Source of the DNA: Octopus vulgaris
Lineage: Eukaryota
Reading direction: 5' to 3'
NCBI GenBank assembly: GCA_951406725.2
Contig: CATOCA020000001.1
Span: 3,782,001 to 3,846,000 of the forward strand
DNA length: 64,000 nt
In this document: in pieces, positions 12,553 to 25,530 of the stretch
Layout: each line of letters begins with the position of its first letter
Position numbering within the stretch: the first letter of the stretch is position 1
Notes under the pieces: generated by a model
Databases searched by the model: none
The model's input: only the letters and a program-made list of their open reading frames with translations
Told to the model about the DNA's origin: nothing
Position numbers and translations under genes: made by a program

Positions 12553-13454
12553 CATATGCAATACATATGAAATATCCAAAATTGCATTTACAAATACATA
12601 ATATATACATACAAGCTCTTACATACATACATGCAAACACACACACATATACGCACAATATATATACATATAAACTCCTACATTAATACACAGTATTAAA
12701 AACATTAAGTAGTCAGCATATATATATAGATACCTACAGAAATATAAATATATATAACACGCATCCCAAATTTATTCCAAGTATTATGATCAATCGATTT
12801 TTCATCCTCCTCTCAGCCTCCTAAATCTCTCCAACACACATCACAAATTTCCTCAAATTTTTGCTTTTCAACCGTCTCTACTCTCATTTGACCCATCTCG
12901 TCTTCAAACAATAATTAACAAAAGTCAAATACTAAGAAAAATACCGACCCGATTTTTTGTACTACTAATATTCTTAACCACTCCCTCGTACCTGAAAAGT
13001 GTCCTTAAAAAATACCCCACGTAATTTGAGATGGAATTGCTGTTTCATTATTGTACCAGCTAGAAGGGGATACTCCTTCAACATTCAGATGAATTACTTA
13101 TTTATTCACATCGTTTAAAATTAAACATACGTTATCTTCTAGCTTTGAGATTTTGATTATGTGATTGCTTACTTTTAGAATAACTTTGCATGGTGGTTGT
13201 GAAAAGGCTGATCTGTTCAGTTTCCACAGAAAACAGGAAGAATATTTGGGCCCGACGTGGCAAGTGCCAATGCTAATGGGTTAACTGAAAATTACTGAAG
13301 TAAAAATAAAAGCATAAAAAAACATTTTAGGTAATTTGGGGACCCAAATTAATGAATTCTTAAGGGTGGAGAACCTTTTTATCCCATCCTTAATGCCGTT
13401 GAGGAGACTGGACAATGGCCAATAGAAGGCCGATATAATATAATGAAAATCGTA

Positions 13455-13564
13455 ACTTACCAATAAAGTGCTGTTAGTCTCTGTTCGTAAGAGGTAGTGA
13501 ATGTTTATATATATCTATATATATATATATGTGCGCATATATATATATTGCGTCATTTGTTTAT
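13455..13564 (-). promoter_or_regulatory. Candidate promoter/exon-1 cassette, copy 2 (exon ~13461-13503), truncated just past the TGACGCAA site
   Basis: Exon and donor identical to copy 1; homology stops at ~13564. Confidence 0.45.
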
Positions 13565-14119
13565 ACTGGTGGTACAGTTTTCAACCAGCAGGATGTAACC
13601 TGATGCTAATGCTTATAATATACATGCAGCAGAAAGGCGTGTCGTTCACAGGTTTAAAATAACTAAATTGCATTGTATATAAAATATGCTAAAAAGTAAG
13701 TTACTTCATGTGTAACATTTAATTCTTATTTTAATGTCTTTTACACAGGATAAAACCCGAAATAGTGAACTCGGAATTTTGGAACTAAGTGAAAGACAAT
13801 GATTGTTTACCATAAAGATTTTCCCGTTTTGCCGGACCATTCGATGTGGTTTACCAGAGCCTGGATTGTAGTACAATGCTTGTAAGTTGCGTCCCATGAT
13901 TTGATTTTCCTCTCCCTTTATATTATGTATATGTGTGTGTGAAAGTGTGTGTCTGCGTGTGTGTTTGTGTTTGTGAAAATAAATAAATGTAAATGAATGT
14001 ATATATGTGTGTATATATATATATATGTATATCGATATATGGAGAGACGTAATAGATAGAGAGATAGAAAGATAAAGATAAAGACAATGATTGATAGAGA
14101 GATAGCTAGACAGACACAT

Positions 14120-14127
14120 GATAGTTT

Positions 14128-14201
<74 letters not shown>

Positions 14202-14210
14202 AATATAAAG

Positions 14211-14241
<31 letters not shown>

Positions 14242-14378
14242 GATAGATAGATAGATAGACAGAAAGATGGAAAGATAGAGATAGATAGTCATAGATAGAT
14301 AGATAGATTGATTGATAGATAGATAGATAAATAGATTCATAGATAGATAGATAGATGGATAGATAGAGATAGATGGAC

Positions 14379-14409
<31 letters not shown>

Positions 14410-14410
14410 T
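14120..14410. repeat. (GATA)n microsatellite flanking the Tx1 insertion (other half ~15911-16097)
   Basis: Direct inspection. Confidence 0.95.
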
Positions 14411-15910
14411 GTTTCTTTATTAGCCAAACAGGGCTGCACACAGATAGAACAAATTACAAGGTAGAGCTTTTCGTTTGGGGGTAAAAAAAAGGGGGTTGGG
14501 TTTCGATCAAAAGGGATCGTAAAAGGAAAGAAAGAGGACATAGAAAGGGCAGGATTTTTTTAAAAAAGGGGGGAGAGGGAAAAAAATAAAAGGAAAGGGG
14601 AGAGGAAAAAAAGTTGATCAATAGGGATCGTAATCACAGAAATGTCAATATGAAGTGTAAATAAAAGCCTACGGAAAAGACCACGGTAACCTCGGTCAAT
14701 GAAGTCACATGTTATATTTCTTTCTTTTATTTTTTTTTGCAAATAAGCAACTCTCTGTATTAATTTTTACGGTTCATAGAGTCATAGTCAAGGTGGCTTC
14801 GTCATTCATACGTGCCATCCTTGCTACATTAACCCATCTTTTTTTAAAACATTCGCTAGACAAAATTTGCCTCTCTACTCTCACTTTCCTCTTCATGTGA
14901 TACTTTAAGAAGTTGATGAGAGATTGACCAGAGAGGAAAGTGTTTGTCTCCAATCCTTTCGGGCGCGTCCACCAGATACATTCTTTCGCCATAGCCACAA
15001 GTATGATAAAAATAGCTCTTCCTTCCCGTTTGAAGGAAGGAGGCGTGACGATATTAACGATAGACTCGGCTGATAAACCGACACGTCCCAAACGTGACAG
15101 CAGTCGTTCGACATAAGCCCACAGGTCGGAAATTGCTGGACACTGAACGATTGCGTGCAGAGCGGTTTCGTCGCTCTGCCTGCATCTCGGGCAAGTCGGC
15201 CCCGTGTTTCTCGAGCCATGCCTATAGAGCTTATCCCGAACGGGTAGCGCTTCTCGGTAGCACCGCCAGGCCAGGGATCTCTAGAAGTTGTCCATAGGTC
15301 CCGGGCCGAAAGTCGTTTGAAACAGGCGGGTCAGGTATTCCTCGTCGACGCCCAGGTTTCCCACCAGATCGTCGTCGTACCTCCCCTCCACAAATCCCCA
15401 ATAGAATTCTTTGGTTGTGTTGAAGTCACTCAAGGTCGACCTGGGACGGCAGAGTTGCTTGAGAGCAACGCGACACTCGCGGTGCCATTCGCCCTTCCTC
15501 GGCCTCTTTTTGACCCACGACTGTTGTTCGGTCATGGAGACGAGTTGCGGGAATGCGTGCCTCACAGACGGTGACCACACCTGTTCACCGTCGTCTACAT
15601 AGAGCCGGAGATGTCGCAGTCTCAGCGCGTGTCTGCGCATCATCAACCACGGCATGCCCAGCCCTTCTTTTAACGGGTGTTGGCAGCAAATGGATCGCCT
15701 GACCATCGGGACGCATCCTTTCCACAAGAAGCGGAAGAGGATGCGTTCTAGTTTGGTGATGGTAGGGTCGGGACAAGGTACGACGGTCAGGCGGTAGTAG
15801 ATGATGGACGCGATGTAGGCGTTCGCCACCTCCACCCGACCTTTTTGGGACACTTTCCTCTCGGCCCATTGCTGGGCGAGAGTGACCACCCTACTCGTTA
15901 TCTCGTTCCA
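14411..15910 (-). mobile_element. 5'-truncated Tx1-clade LINE with intact 3' end, inserted in (GATA)n
   Basis: [64 protein letters not shown]; 3' UTR ends ggctAATAAAgaaac directly against (TATC)n. Confidence 0.9.
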
Positions 15911-15976
15911 GATAGATAGATAGATATGTAGATATATATGTAGATAGATAGATAGATAGATATGTAGATATATAGG

Positions 15977-16056
<80 letters not shown>

Positions 16057-16189
16057 GATAGATAGATAGAAGATCGATTGATTGATCGATAGATAGATCA
16101 TTTTCTATTGTTGCATCCTTTAAAATTTCAGGAACACAAACCATAGAGCTTCAATTCCCGTTCGCTGTCTTCGATGAGATCCGACAATT

Positions 16190-16219
16190 CTAATTTATGG
16201 CGTAGAATTTAAACCATAG
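16190..16219 (-). CDS. Candidate terminal exon (LWFKFYAIN*) of a putative microprotein
   Basis: Acceptor ttgtttacAG at 16221-16220; phase 0 matches the donor at 16409. Confidence 0.25.
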   Translation of the reverse strand, partial: LWFKFYAIN

Positions 16220-16409
16220 CTGTAAACAATTCCTTACGTTTGTCATCCATTGGGCTGCGCCTATGCTGGGGCACTGCCTTAAAGTATTTTAGTCGCACAA
16301 ATCGACCCCAGTATTTGTTGTTAAGCCTGCTGCGTATTCTCGCGATCCCTTCCGCTGATTTGCCTAGAGTTACGCAACTTTATACTTTTGATTTTTTTTT
16401 ATTACTTAC

Positions 16410-16611
16410 CAGAAAAAAGAAAAACATGAAGGCAATTATCGTCAGCGGCAGGCAATTCTGAATCAGACGTAAATGCTTTGAAAATGACGTGGTAAAAATG
16501 TGAAACGTTTCAAGTGGTTGTAAGGAATTTAACAAGATACCGATAACGATCGGCCAAATTACTGGGACGTAAAAAACCGGAACCTGTTCCCAAGCGGTCA
16601 TAGTGGATAAA
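16410..16611 (-). CDS. Candidate 202-nt exon, one frame open, hydrophobic (MTAWEQVPVFYVPVIWPIVIGILL...LPLTIIAFMFFFFL)
   Basis: Acceptor gtgtttcAG (16613-16612), donor CTG|GTAAGT (16409-16404), ATG at 16601. Single-copy and non-repetitive within the window. Confidence 0.4.
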
Positions 16612-16675
16612 CTGAAACACATACACATATACATACACACGCTCACATATACATAGATATATACATATATGTCAA

Positions 16676-16710
<35 letters not shown>

Positions 16711-17016
16711 CATAAGTGTGTGTGTGTGTGTGTGTATATATAACAAAGTAAGTTTGGGGCTACTAATAAATATATATAATTGAAATATAGGATAAAATTT
16801 TTACGAGGATTTATCAAGTAGTTATTGTGAAAAACCTCAGAAGGGATAACTTATTAATTATTCCCTATGAATATATTTATATATATTAAGGGCATTACTT
16901 ATACATAAATGCCTCACGCGAGGAGGGTCTCTTGAAGTATAAACTACTATAATGCCCACATTGTACAAAACGCGAGGGAATGCAACTCTCAAAGCGAGCC
17001 TCCAGAAACAGACGTA

Positions 17017-17078
17017 GCTGAACATCATATGATTCCGTAATTAGTGCACAAAATCCACTTTTCACTCATCAGCGCAGC
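17017..17078 (-). ncRNA. Decayed hammerhead ribozyme
   Basis: gctgcg-CUGAUGA-stem II (gtgaaaagtg/cactaattac, 8 of 10 pairs)-GGAA (instead of GAAA)-palindromic ATCATATGAT-G-ttcagc; two core defects. Confidence 0.4.
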
Positions 17079-17896
17079 CTTTGTCAGGACATAAAAATTA
17101 ACAAAAATCAACGTACCAGACGAACACTTGTATCCTTGCGTTTGGTACAATGTGGTTATTATATTCAGGCAGTCATAGTTGACGGAAGCGATGTACGCAT
17201 TCGCCACCTCGACTCGACCCTTCACGAACAGCTTCCTCTCTGCCAATTTCTGGGTGAGATCGACTATCCTGTTCGTCACCTCCCACCCGTTGTTGTCCCA
17301 CCTCGGGGTCTACAGCAGACCAGACCCCAAACAGTTTAACCTGTCTTTCACTTTAGCGCCCTACAAACTGCCGGTTGGTATGGGTCTACCTCTCCATCTG
17401 CCGAGTTGCAGGCCCACCGACTTCTCTTGGATAAGCTTTGCTCCTATCAACGCTTCGTGGACAGTATTATGATGACGTGGTCCGTGTTAGCGGATACGAA
17501 CATTCCACATCCTAAGACATATATATATATATATATATATGGCATCTGTATTTCTAATTATATAATTTCGATTTGAAAATTTCAGTCAGCAGTTTATGAT
17601 GACTGGCGGTGGAAGTGGAAGAGTTAAAATGAGAGAGGGGTAGAGGGAGTGATAGAAGAGAGAGAGGGGAAAGAAGAGGAGGAGAGTTGATGTGTACGAT
17701 TGTTCGTGTGTGTGTGTGTGTTTGTGTCTCTATGTGTGATGTAATATATACATAACCCTGCCTAAGCTTTTCTTTAATATGAAACTGGAGGGAATATCAC
17801 ATTAACGATTGCATTAAATGATATAATTTTACTGTGAAGAAGTGAGTGAAATGTTTAGCCGGAAGAACTTTCCAATAACAATAATAATTATAATAA

Positions 17897-17946
<50 letters not shown>

Positions 17947-17948
17947 TA

Positions 17949-17994
<46 letters not shown>

Positions 17995-18440
17995 GAGCAG
18001 TGCATGCCATCAAAGTGACACTAGGGTAAAATATACGAAGCCCAGTATACCCATCATGACTACCCGTCTGATAAGGGTACACCATACACATGCATCACAA
18101 CCATAAGTGCGAAACATGATGATCTCATATCAAGATAAAAAGCACATGACCTTCTATGTGTGGCCCAGTTAGAATTTTCTTCTGGTCGAGTAACCCATCC
18201 TGCTCAAAAGGTCCCTGACTAAGAGTTGTTTACGGATTTTGAACGAAACACCCATGTTTCCAGAGGTGAATTATTCAAACCCCAAAGAATCCCTCTTAAC
18301 ACATTGCTATGATACTCCCCCACTACTTCTGCTTGCGATCAGAGATGCACATATCTTCAGCCACTAAGGGACATGCTCAACTGGCTAACGTCGAGCAACT
18401 GACAAGCAAATCTGTGGTATTGAGCAGAATATTTGCTGGA
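17995..18440. mobile_element. SINE-like interspersed repeat inserted in (ATT)n
   Basis: Present in only one copy of the AAT/ATT tract and flanked by ATT repeats. Confidence 0.5.
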
Positions 18441-18533
18441 GCCCATCCCCTATACCAAGACGATGGGCTACATCTTCGTTCAACATCCTTCAACAACCCT
18501 TACTATTATTATAATTATTATTATTATTATTAA

Positions 18534-18618
<85 letters not shown>

Positions 18619-21600
18619 TGCCAATAGGGCCGGCATATCGGAGAAGATACAGTAGAAAAGGCGGTGAGAGCTGGCAGAATCTTTATTACGTCGGGCGAAA
18701 TGCTAAGCGGTATTTCTTCTGCCGTTATCTTCTGAGTTCAAATTTCCCCGAGGTCGACTTTGCCTTTCATCCTTTCGGGGTCGATTAAAGAAGTACCAGT
18801 TACGCACTGTGATCGATATAATCGACTTAATCCGTTTGTCTGTCCTTGTTGGTCCTCTCTGTGTTTAGCCCCTTGTCGGTAGTAAAGAAACAGGATACAG
18901 TAGACATGAACACTGGAGATTTAACGCTGAGACAACGAGTACACAGTTAAAAGAATGACAATGATATCCGACAAAAGAATATAACAATGAAAGTTCGTAA
19001 TAGGTGCAGGTAATCCCCTGGAGTTGGCTCAGGTACCCACACCCCAATCCTGAACCACTCGACGCTTCGAGGGCATCTGGGAAGAGCACTCTCCTCCCTC
19101 TCAAATTCACTAGCCCAAAGGCGTGTTATTAGAGTAGGTCCACTCACACGTACCCTTTTCTCTGTTCATCCACCTTTTGGCAAATGTTCTGGGAGGCAGC
19201 ACTTCACTCTGCACCCTCATCTTCCTTTCCAAAGGAAATTTGAAAAGGTTGACGAGTGATTGGCCGTAGAGAAAATTCTCTGTCTTTAGTCCGTTTAACC
19301 TGGTCCACAATACAGCCTCTTTCGTTTATGCTATTTGACAGAAGTAAATTTCCTGACCTTCCGGACTAATGGAAAGCGGCTGAGCGATCTTCACTACGGA
19401 CTCGGCCGATAGATAGAAACTACCTACACTTAATAACAGCTTTTCAACATAACTCCACAAGTCAGTAATGCAAGGACACTGGACGAGTGCGTGCAGAACG
19501 CTTTCATCGCTCTGCGCATATCTCGGGTAGGTCGGTCAGGCAGCAATTCCATGCTTGTAGAGTTTATCTCGATCCGGCAGTGCCCCCCGATAGCACTGCA
19601 AAGCAAGGGACTTCTAGAAGTTATCCATTATCCCCGTCTTGAAAGTCCTCCTCAACAGACTGGTTAGTTCAATTTTGTCAACGCCTAGCGTCTCTCCAAG
19701 TGCTTCATCGCACTTTCCCTCCACTAACCCTCCATAGAACTTCAGAGTGGATTTTCCACTGATCGCATTGCCCACCTGGTAGAGGACCGTGAGTGCCTAG
19801 CAACATTCCAGATGCCAGTAACTCTTCCTCGGTCTCTTCTTGACCCATGACTGCAGCTTACACAAGGAGATGAGTTGTGGAAAAGCCTGTTTGACAAACG
19901 ATGACCACACCTGTTCACCATTTACGCAGAATGTTTGGAGATGTCGCAGCCCCAGTGCATGTCTTCCACAGCATGCCCAGTGTTCCGGAAATCGGAAAGC
20001 GAAAGCACAAAAACGAAAATAGGAAAAGGGAAAAGTAAAAACAGCATTTAAGAGTTCTCCTCGTTAGACCTTGAATTATAAGGCTAAAAAGATATCAAAA
20101 ATTTAATCAAGAATAGACGGAATTTTTCAGTTCTTCAAAATATATTTATACTTGACAACGACTGAAAATTCCTGACCTAGAGTCCAATAGAGGATTAAGC
20201 ATCTTAGATCTGAACAGGATATGCACTCTTTCAGCTAAACAATGTTTATATTTATTCGATCCATTCACATAAGTTATGGATTCTCAATTACTTCCCATCC
20301 AGTCACAAGTGGTGTTTCGTTTTCTTCCAAACTTAGCCAGTTTCGTAGCTTTACTTTTGGCCTATGTCGGAAGGGGATTATGGGATTGGCATAACGACTT
20401 TGAAATTCACCTTAAATAAGCAAAAGAATAAGAGAATAAAAGATTATTGTGTGTGTGTGTGTACATGCATACAAAAATACACCCACATACGCACGGATAT
20501 GTACATAAGCGCGCACACACACACTCATAGGCGTATGGATTATTGTTTCGGTAAGTTGTGTCCACGAGAAAGACACTTCCAGTGCTCTCATCTGAAAAGT
20601 ACCAGCATTAACCAGGGGTTAACATTGCGACAGACTGGTATCCGGTGTGTTGTATCCTTGTGTGTTGAAATACGTTCGATACCGAGATATACTGGGGGCC
20701 TAACGAGCCTGTAGATCAGGCAGAGAATTTAGCTTAGAAAATGCTTTAATGTAGACATTTAGGCATGCGCAGTCAAGTGTTTGTGTAACGTTTATGGAGT
20801 GAAAGTCGATATGAATATGACAAAAAAAGAAACACCGTATTTTCCGGTGTATAATCCGCTATTTTTTACCTGGGAAATTTAGTGTGCCGCTTAGAGAAAG
20901 GTGCGCCTAATGTGTGTAACTGTTTTTATAGTTCCAGGAGGAAAATAATTTGTGTATGGAGATCGAATGATTCCACTGATTTTTTTGGAGGAAAGGTCGG
21001 TCGATGAAAGACTATTGCTACAGGACATTTGTGCCTGGAAGAAAACAAAGCACATTTGTTTTGTTTTAACTTCAAGTTTTGATAATGTTTTTTTTTATCC
21101 AATAAAGAATTTAATTTTGACGGAATGTGTTTGTTGCTGATTATAGTAAGATAAAATTTTTAAAAATCAACAATACATCTCAAAGTTGAAGAATAAAACA
21201 TTTTGAAAATACATACACATCAACAACAACAAAGCTAGCAGCGGTCACGTGGTTCCATAAGTCTTTATAAAACACCGGTAGGCTTTATGTGTGGATAAAA
21301 ACCAAAATTTTCCCCAAAACCCAAGCTAAACTTCACAATACAATAATACAAACATTAATAAGCCACCTCAATTGTATAATACTAATCTTAAGCCAACATT
21401 CTACAACCTTGTCTACGAGACGACAAATATTAGTTCCATTACAACCTCTCAATCCGATACTAATATAAATCCTAATTTAGATTCTCCCCACTAACAACAA
21501 ACCAACCAACATCAACATTACTAATAGTAAACCCCAACAACTTGCAACTGTCGCGCATCTGAAATATACGGTATGCAGACACCTGTCTCCTCAAAAGTGT

Positions 21601-22068
21601 ATTGTATAAGTTTCACGTGATGACCCCATGCACCCACCAGGCAAGGGTGTATATTAATGGCACTGAGGATTTTCAATGTCGTTGTCGTGCTCATATGTAT
21701 TCTTTCACTAATCCCGAATCTAAACTATTTCAATCTTTAGCAACACACATATACAACCTCAATTCAAAACAATGTCCAACACGCTCTATCGTGGTCCATA
21801 GTATGTGAAGCTCCCCTCTACAACACAAATATAGGTAAATGTATGTTATGTATAAAAGGGTCATTAACTATTCTTCGTCTCGACAACTCCTCACTGTTAA
21901 ATTCTCTGACGTTATTTTTTATCGTAAGCATAAATACTGCCCGACATTCATGCACTTCCCTAATTCCAAATAAATAAAGCTGTAAAGTAAAACAAGTGTC
22001 AACCTGACAATCGACAAGTGGACACATTCCAAATAGCAAATATGTGTGTGTGTGTCTATGTATACATA

Positions 22069-22172
<104 letters not shown>

Positions 22173-22907
22173 CATATGCAATACATATGAAATATCCAAA
22201 ATTGCATTTACAAATACATAATATATACATACAAGCTCTTACATACATACATGCAAACACACACACATATACGCACAATATATATACATATAAACTCCTA
22301 CATTAATACACAGTATTAAAAACATTAAGTAGTCAGCATATATATATAGATACCTACAGAAATATAAATATATATAACACGCATCCCAAATTTATTCCAA
22401 GTATTATGATCAATCGATTTTTAATCCTCCTCTCAGCCTCCTAAATCTCTCCAACACACATCACAAATTTCTTCAAATTTTTGCTTTTCAACCGTCTCTA
22501 CTCTCATTTGACCCTTCTCGGCTTCAAACAATAATTAACAAAAGTCAAATACTAAGAAAAATACCGACCCGATTTTTTGTACTACTAACATTCTTAACCA
22601 CTCCCTCGTACCTGAAAAGTGTCCTTAAAAAATACCCCACGTAATTTGAGATGGAATTGCTGTTTCATTATTGTACCAGCTAGAAGGGGATACTCCTTCA
22701 ACATTCAGATGAATTACTTATTTATTCACATCGTTTAAAATTAAACATACGTTATCTTCTAGCTTTGAGATTTTGATTATGTGATTGCTTACTTTTAGAA
22801 TAACTTTGCATGGTGGTTGTGAAAGGGCTGATCTGTTCAGTTTCAACAGAAAACAGTAAGAATATTTGGGCCCGACGTGGCCAGTGCCAATGCTAATGGG
22901 TTAACTG

Positions 22908-23006
22908 AAAATTATGCCGTCTTCGAAACATGTGTCGAGAGTAAAAACCTCGTTCGACTCCATTCTTTCATTTATTCATATAAATAACACAAATTTGCAG
23001 ACAAGA
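22908..23006 (+). repeat. 99-bp inverted copy of 23810-23908 containing the hammerhead 3' half
   Basis: aaaattatgccgtcttcgaaacatgtgtcgagag...acaaga is the reverse complement of 23810-23908 with one mismatch. Absent from paralogous sites near 5660, 13290 and 62670. Confidence 0.95.
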
Positions 23007-23175
23007 CTTAACTGGGTTAAGTAAAAATAAAAGCATAATAAAACATTTTAGGTAATTTGGGGACACAAATTTATGAGTTCTTAAGGGTGGAGAACCTTTT
23101 TATCCCATCCTTAATGCCGTTGAGGAGACTGGACAATGGCCAATAGAAGGCCGATATAATATAATGAAAATCGTA

Positions 23176-23292
23176 ACTTACCAATAAAGTGCTGTTAGTC
23201 TCTGTTCGTAAGAGGTAGTGAATGTTTATATATATCTATATATATATATATGTGCGCATATATATATATTGCGTCATTTGTTTATTTACCAT
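23176..23292 (-). promoter_or_regulatory. Candidate promoter/exon-1 cassette, copy 3 (exon ~23182-23224)
   Basis: Exon and donor identical to copy 1. Confidence 0.45.
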
Positions 23293-23324
23293 AATTTTTT
23301 CATTGAAGTAGCACACAATTATGC

Positions 23325-23372
<48 letters not shown>

Positions 23373-23533
23373 ATAGATTGGCGTCTTTATTTCTCATTAT
23401 ATGAATCCGATATTAAAAGTTTGCGTCAGCAGACAAAGTCGGGCGTTGATAGTGGAAGAGTGTAGATGAGAGAGGGGAAAGAAAGTGAGAGAAAGAGAGA
23501 GAGAGGGAGGGAGAAAGAAGAAGAAGAGGGTTT

Positions 23534-23564
<31 letters not shown>

Positions 23565-23632
23565 ATATATATATATATATAAACACGCACACGCAGTTAT
23601 CAGAATTATATAAACGTATATATTCATGTATT

Positions 23633-23698
<66 letters not shown>

Positions 23699-23874
23699 TA
23701 GGTGAATGAATTATCCTAGCATGGAAAATTCGTTTAACCGATACCTGGGTAGCAAATTCACGTCGGAAATCACAGTTGAAGTGACCTGTCAAGGGTAGAA
23801 ACTCCGGGTTCTTGTGTGCAAATTTGTGTTATTTATATGAATAAATGAAAGAATGGAGTCGAACGAGGTTTTTA

Positions 23875-23957
23875 CTCTCGACACATGTTTCGAAGACGGC
23901 ATAATTTTAATTCCGAAGGAATAAATGGTGCATTATGTCATCTTCTCATCAGGAAAG
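23875..23957 (-). ncRNA. Type I minimal hammerhead ribozyme (Penelope pLTR type)
   Basis: Minus strand: ctttc-CUGAUGA-gaagatgacataat[26 nt]attatgccgtcttc-GAAA-C-atgt-GUC-gagag. Stem I 5 bp, stem II 13/14 bp, minimal stem III with palindromic ACATGT, GUC cleavage triplet (cut between 23880 and 23879). Confidence 0.85.
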
Positions 23958-24322
23958 ATTAAGAGCCTCTTTCAGCCACAAGACGAACAAAACTTTTGAT
24001 GATTGCCTACATGGTGACCACAGTGACAATGAGTGTTTTTTTTAAATAATCCGTTATAAGCAATGACTTAAAAAATGGGTAGAAGGAGGGAGTAGTAAAA
24101 ATAGGTAGGGGACAATATGTATGCTGTATTTATGATGATGTGCGGGTGTGTGCTTGTGTTAATTATTGCGAGTGATTGTGTATGTGTATGAGTGTGTATA
24201 TAACTGCATTTGTGTCTGTGTGTGTATGTGTTATTGTGTGCGTGAGGTAGACAAACGTCAAATACACTTAGTAGTAAGGTGTGAAAATTGTGTCTGTGTG
24301 TTTGATCGTGCATGTTATAGAG

Positions 24323-24371
<49 letters not shown>

Positions 24372-25025
24372 CGTCAAAGAAATTTAGTAGCTATGGAACA
24401 TAAAATCGTTTAAAATCGACATTAACCGGAAATGATTAAAATATTGTTATACGATCAGATGATAGATTTTTCATCTGTTAGAATCATCTCACTTTTGCTC
24501 GATAACTATTGATCATCGATCTCTTCCCAAATACGATGTCAAAAGCCAACATTAAAATGAAGTACATTTCTAATTTCATTGTTAGACCCTCCAGTGTTCA
24601 CATTGTCATCCACCATTCTCTTCCTGAAGAATCTCTGAAGCTTAAGCTGGATGTGCTAGAAATAGCAGCCAAATATTTCCTCTGAGCAGACGATAGATTC
24701 ATTTAACGATCGTGTCACTTCAGAAAATCAAGTTATCAATAACGATAATAATTTAAATGGTATATATAATGATTGACATGGAAGCAAACGATACAAATTC
24801 ATTTAACAATAGTTCGTTTCTGAAAATTACGTTTGTGAAATAAAGTATATGATAGAGAAATTATAACAATTCTGAAGAGGAATTAAAGGTTTTAGCAGCT
24901 TTAAAGTTATGGGAAAGGAATTTTCGTTATCAAAGTAGCAATATTTTATACGAAAGAAGGATGACAGGCGAGGATTTTGTGGTGTGAAGGGTCTTCAATT
25001 GTATATGTCCTGGTCTGTGTGTGCG

Positions 25026-25056
<31 letters not shown>

Positions 25057-25130
25057 TGCCTGTGTGTGTGTTATGCACTGAGATATATAAAGATTATAAT
25101 AATGGACACAATTATATTCCAAACTTCTAT

Positions 25131-25530
25131 AGGCGCGGGAGTGGATGTGTGGTAAGTAGCTTGCTTACCAACCACATTGTTCCGGGTTCAATCCCACTGC
25201 GTGGCACTTTGGGCGAGCGTCTTCTACTATAGCCTCGGGCCGACTAAAGCCTTGTGAGTGGATTTAGTAGACGGAAACTGAAAGAAGCCCGTTGTATATA
25301 TGCATATACATATATTTCTATGTGTGTGTTTGTGTGTCAGTGTTTGTCCCCCCCCAACATCGCTTGACAACTGATGCTGGTGTGTTAATGTCCCTGTAAG
25401 TTAGCGGTTCGTCAAAAGAGACGATAGAAGAAGTACTAGGCTTACATGAATAAGTCCTTGTGTCGATTTACTCGACAAAAGGCGGTGCTCCAGCACGGCC
25501 ACATTCAAATCACTGAAACAAGTAAAAGAG
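25131..25530 (+). mobile_element. Second tRNA-derived SINE family (copy 46473-46875; 3' fragments 32635-32770, 37605-37770, 51119-51225, 56113-56280)
   Basis: A-box gtgg.tgtgtggtaag, B-box gggttcaatccc, body tagacggaaactgaaagaagcccg, tail ctgaaacaagtaaaagag. Confidence 0.8.

Noticed and set aside
13706-14541. 224-aa and 207-aa LSIY-repeat ORFs
   Set aside because: Mostly (TATC)n translation; only the ~13811-13918 part is weakly exon-like and is noted under findings.
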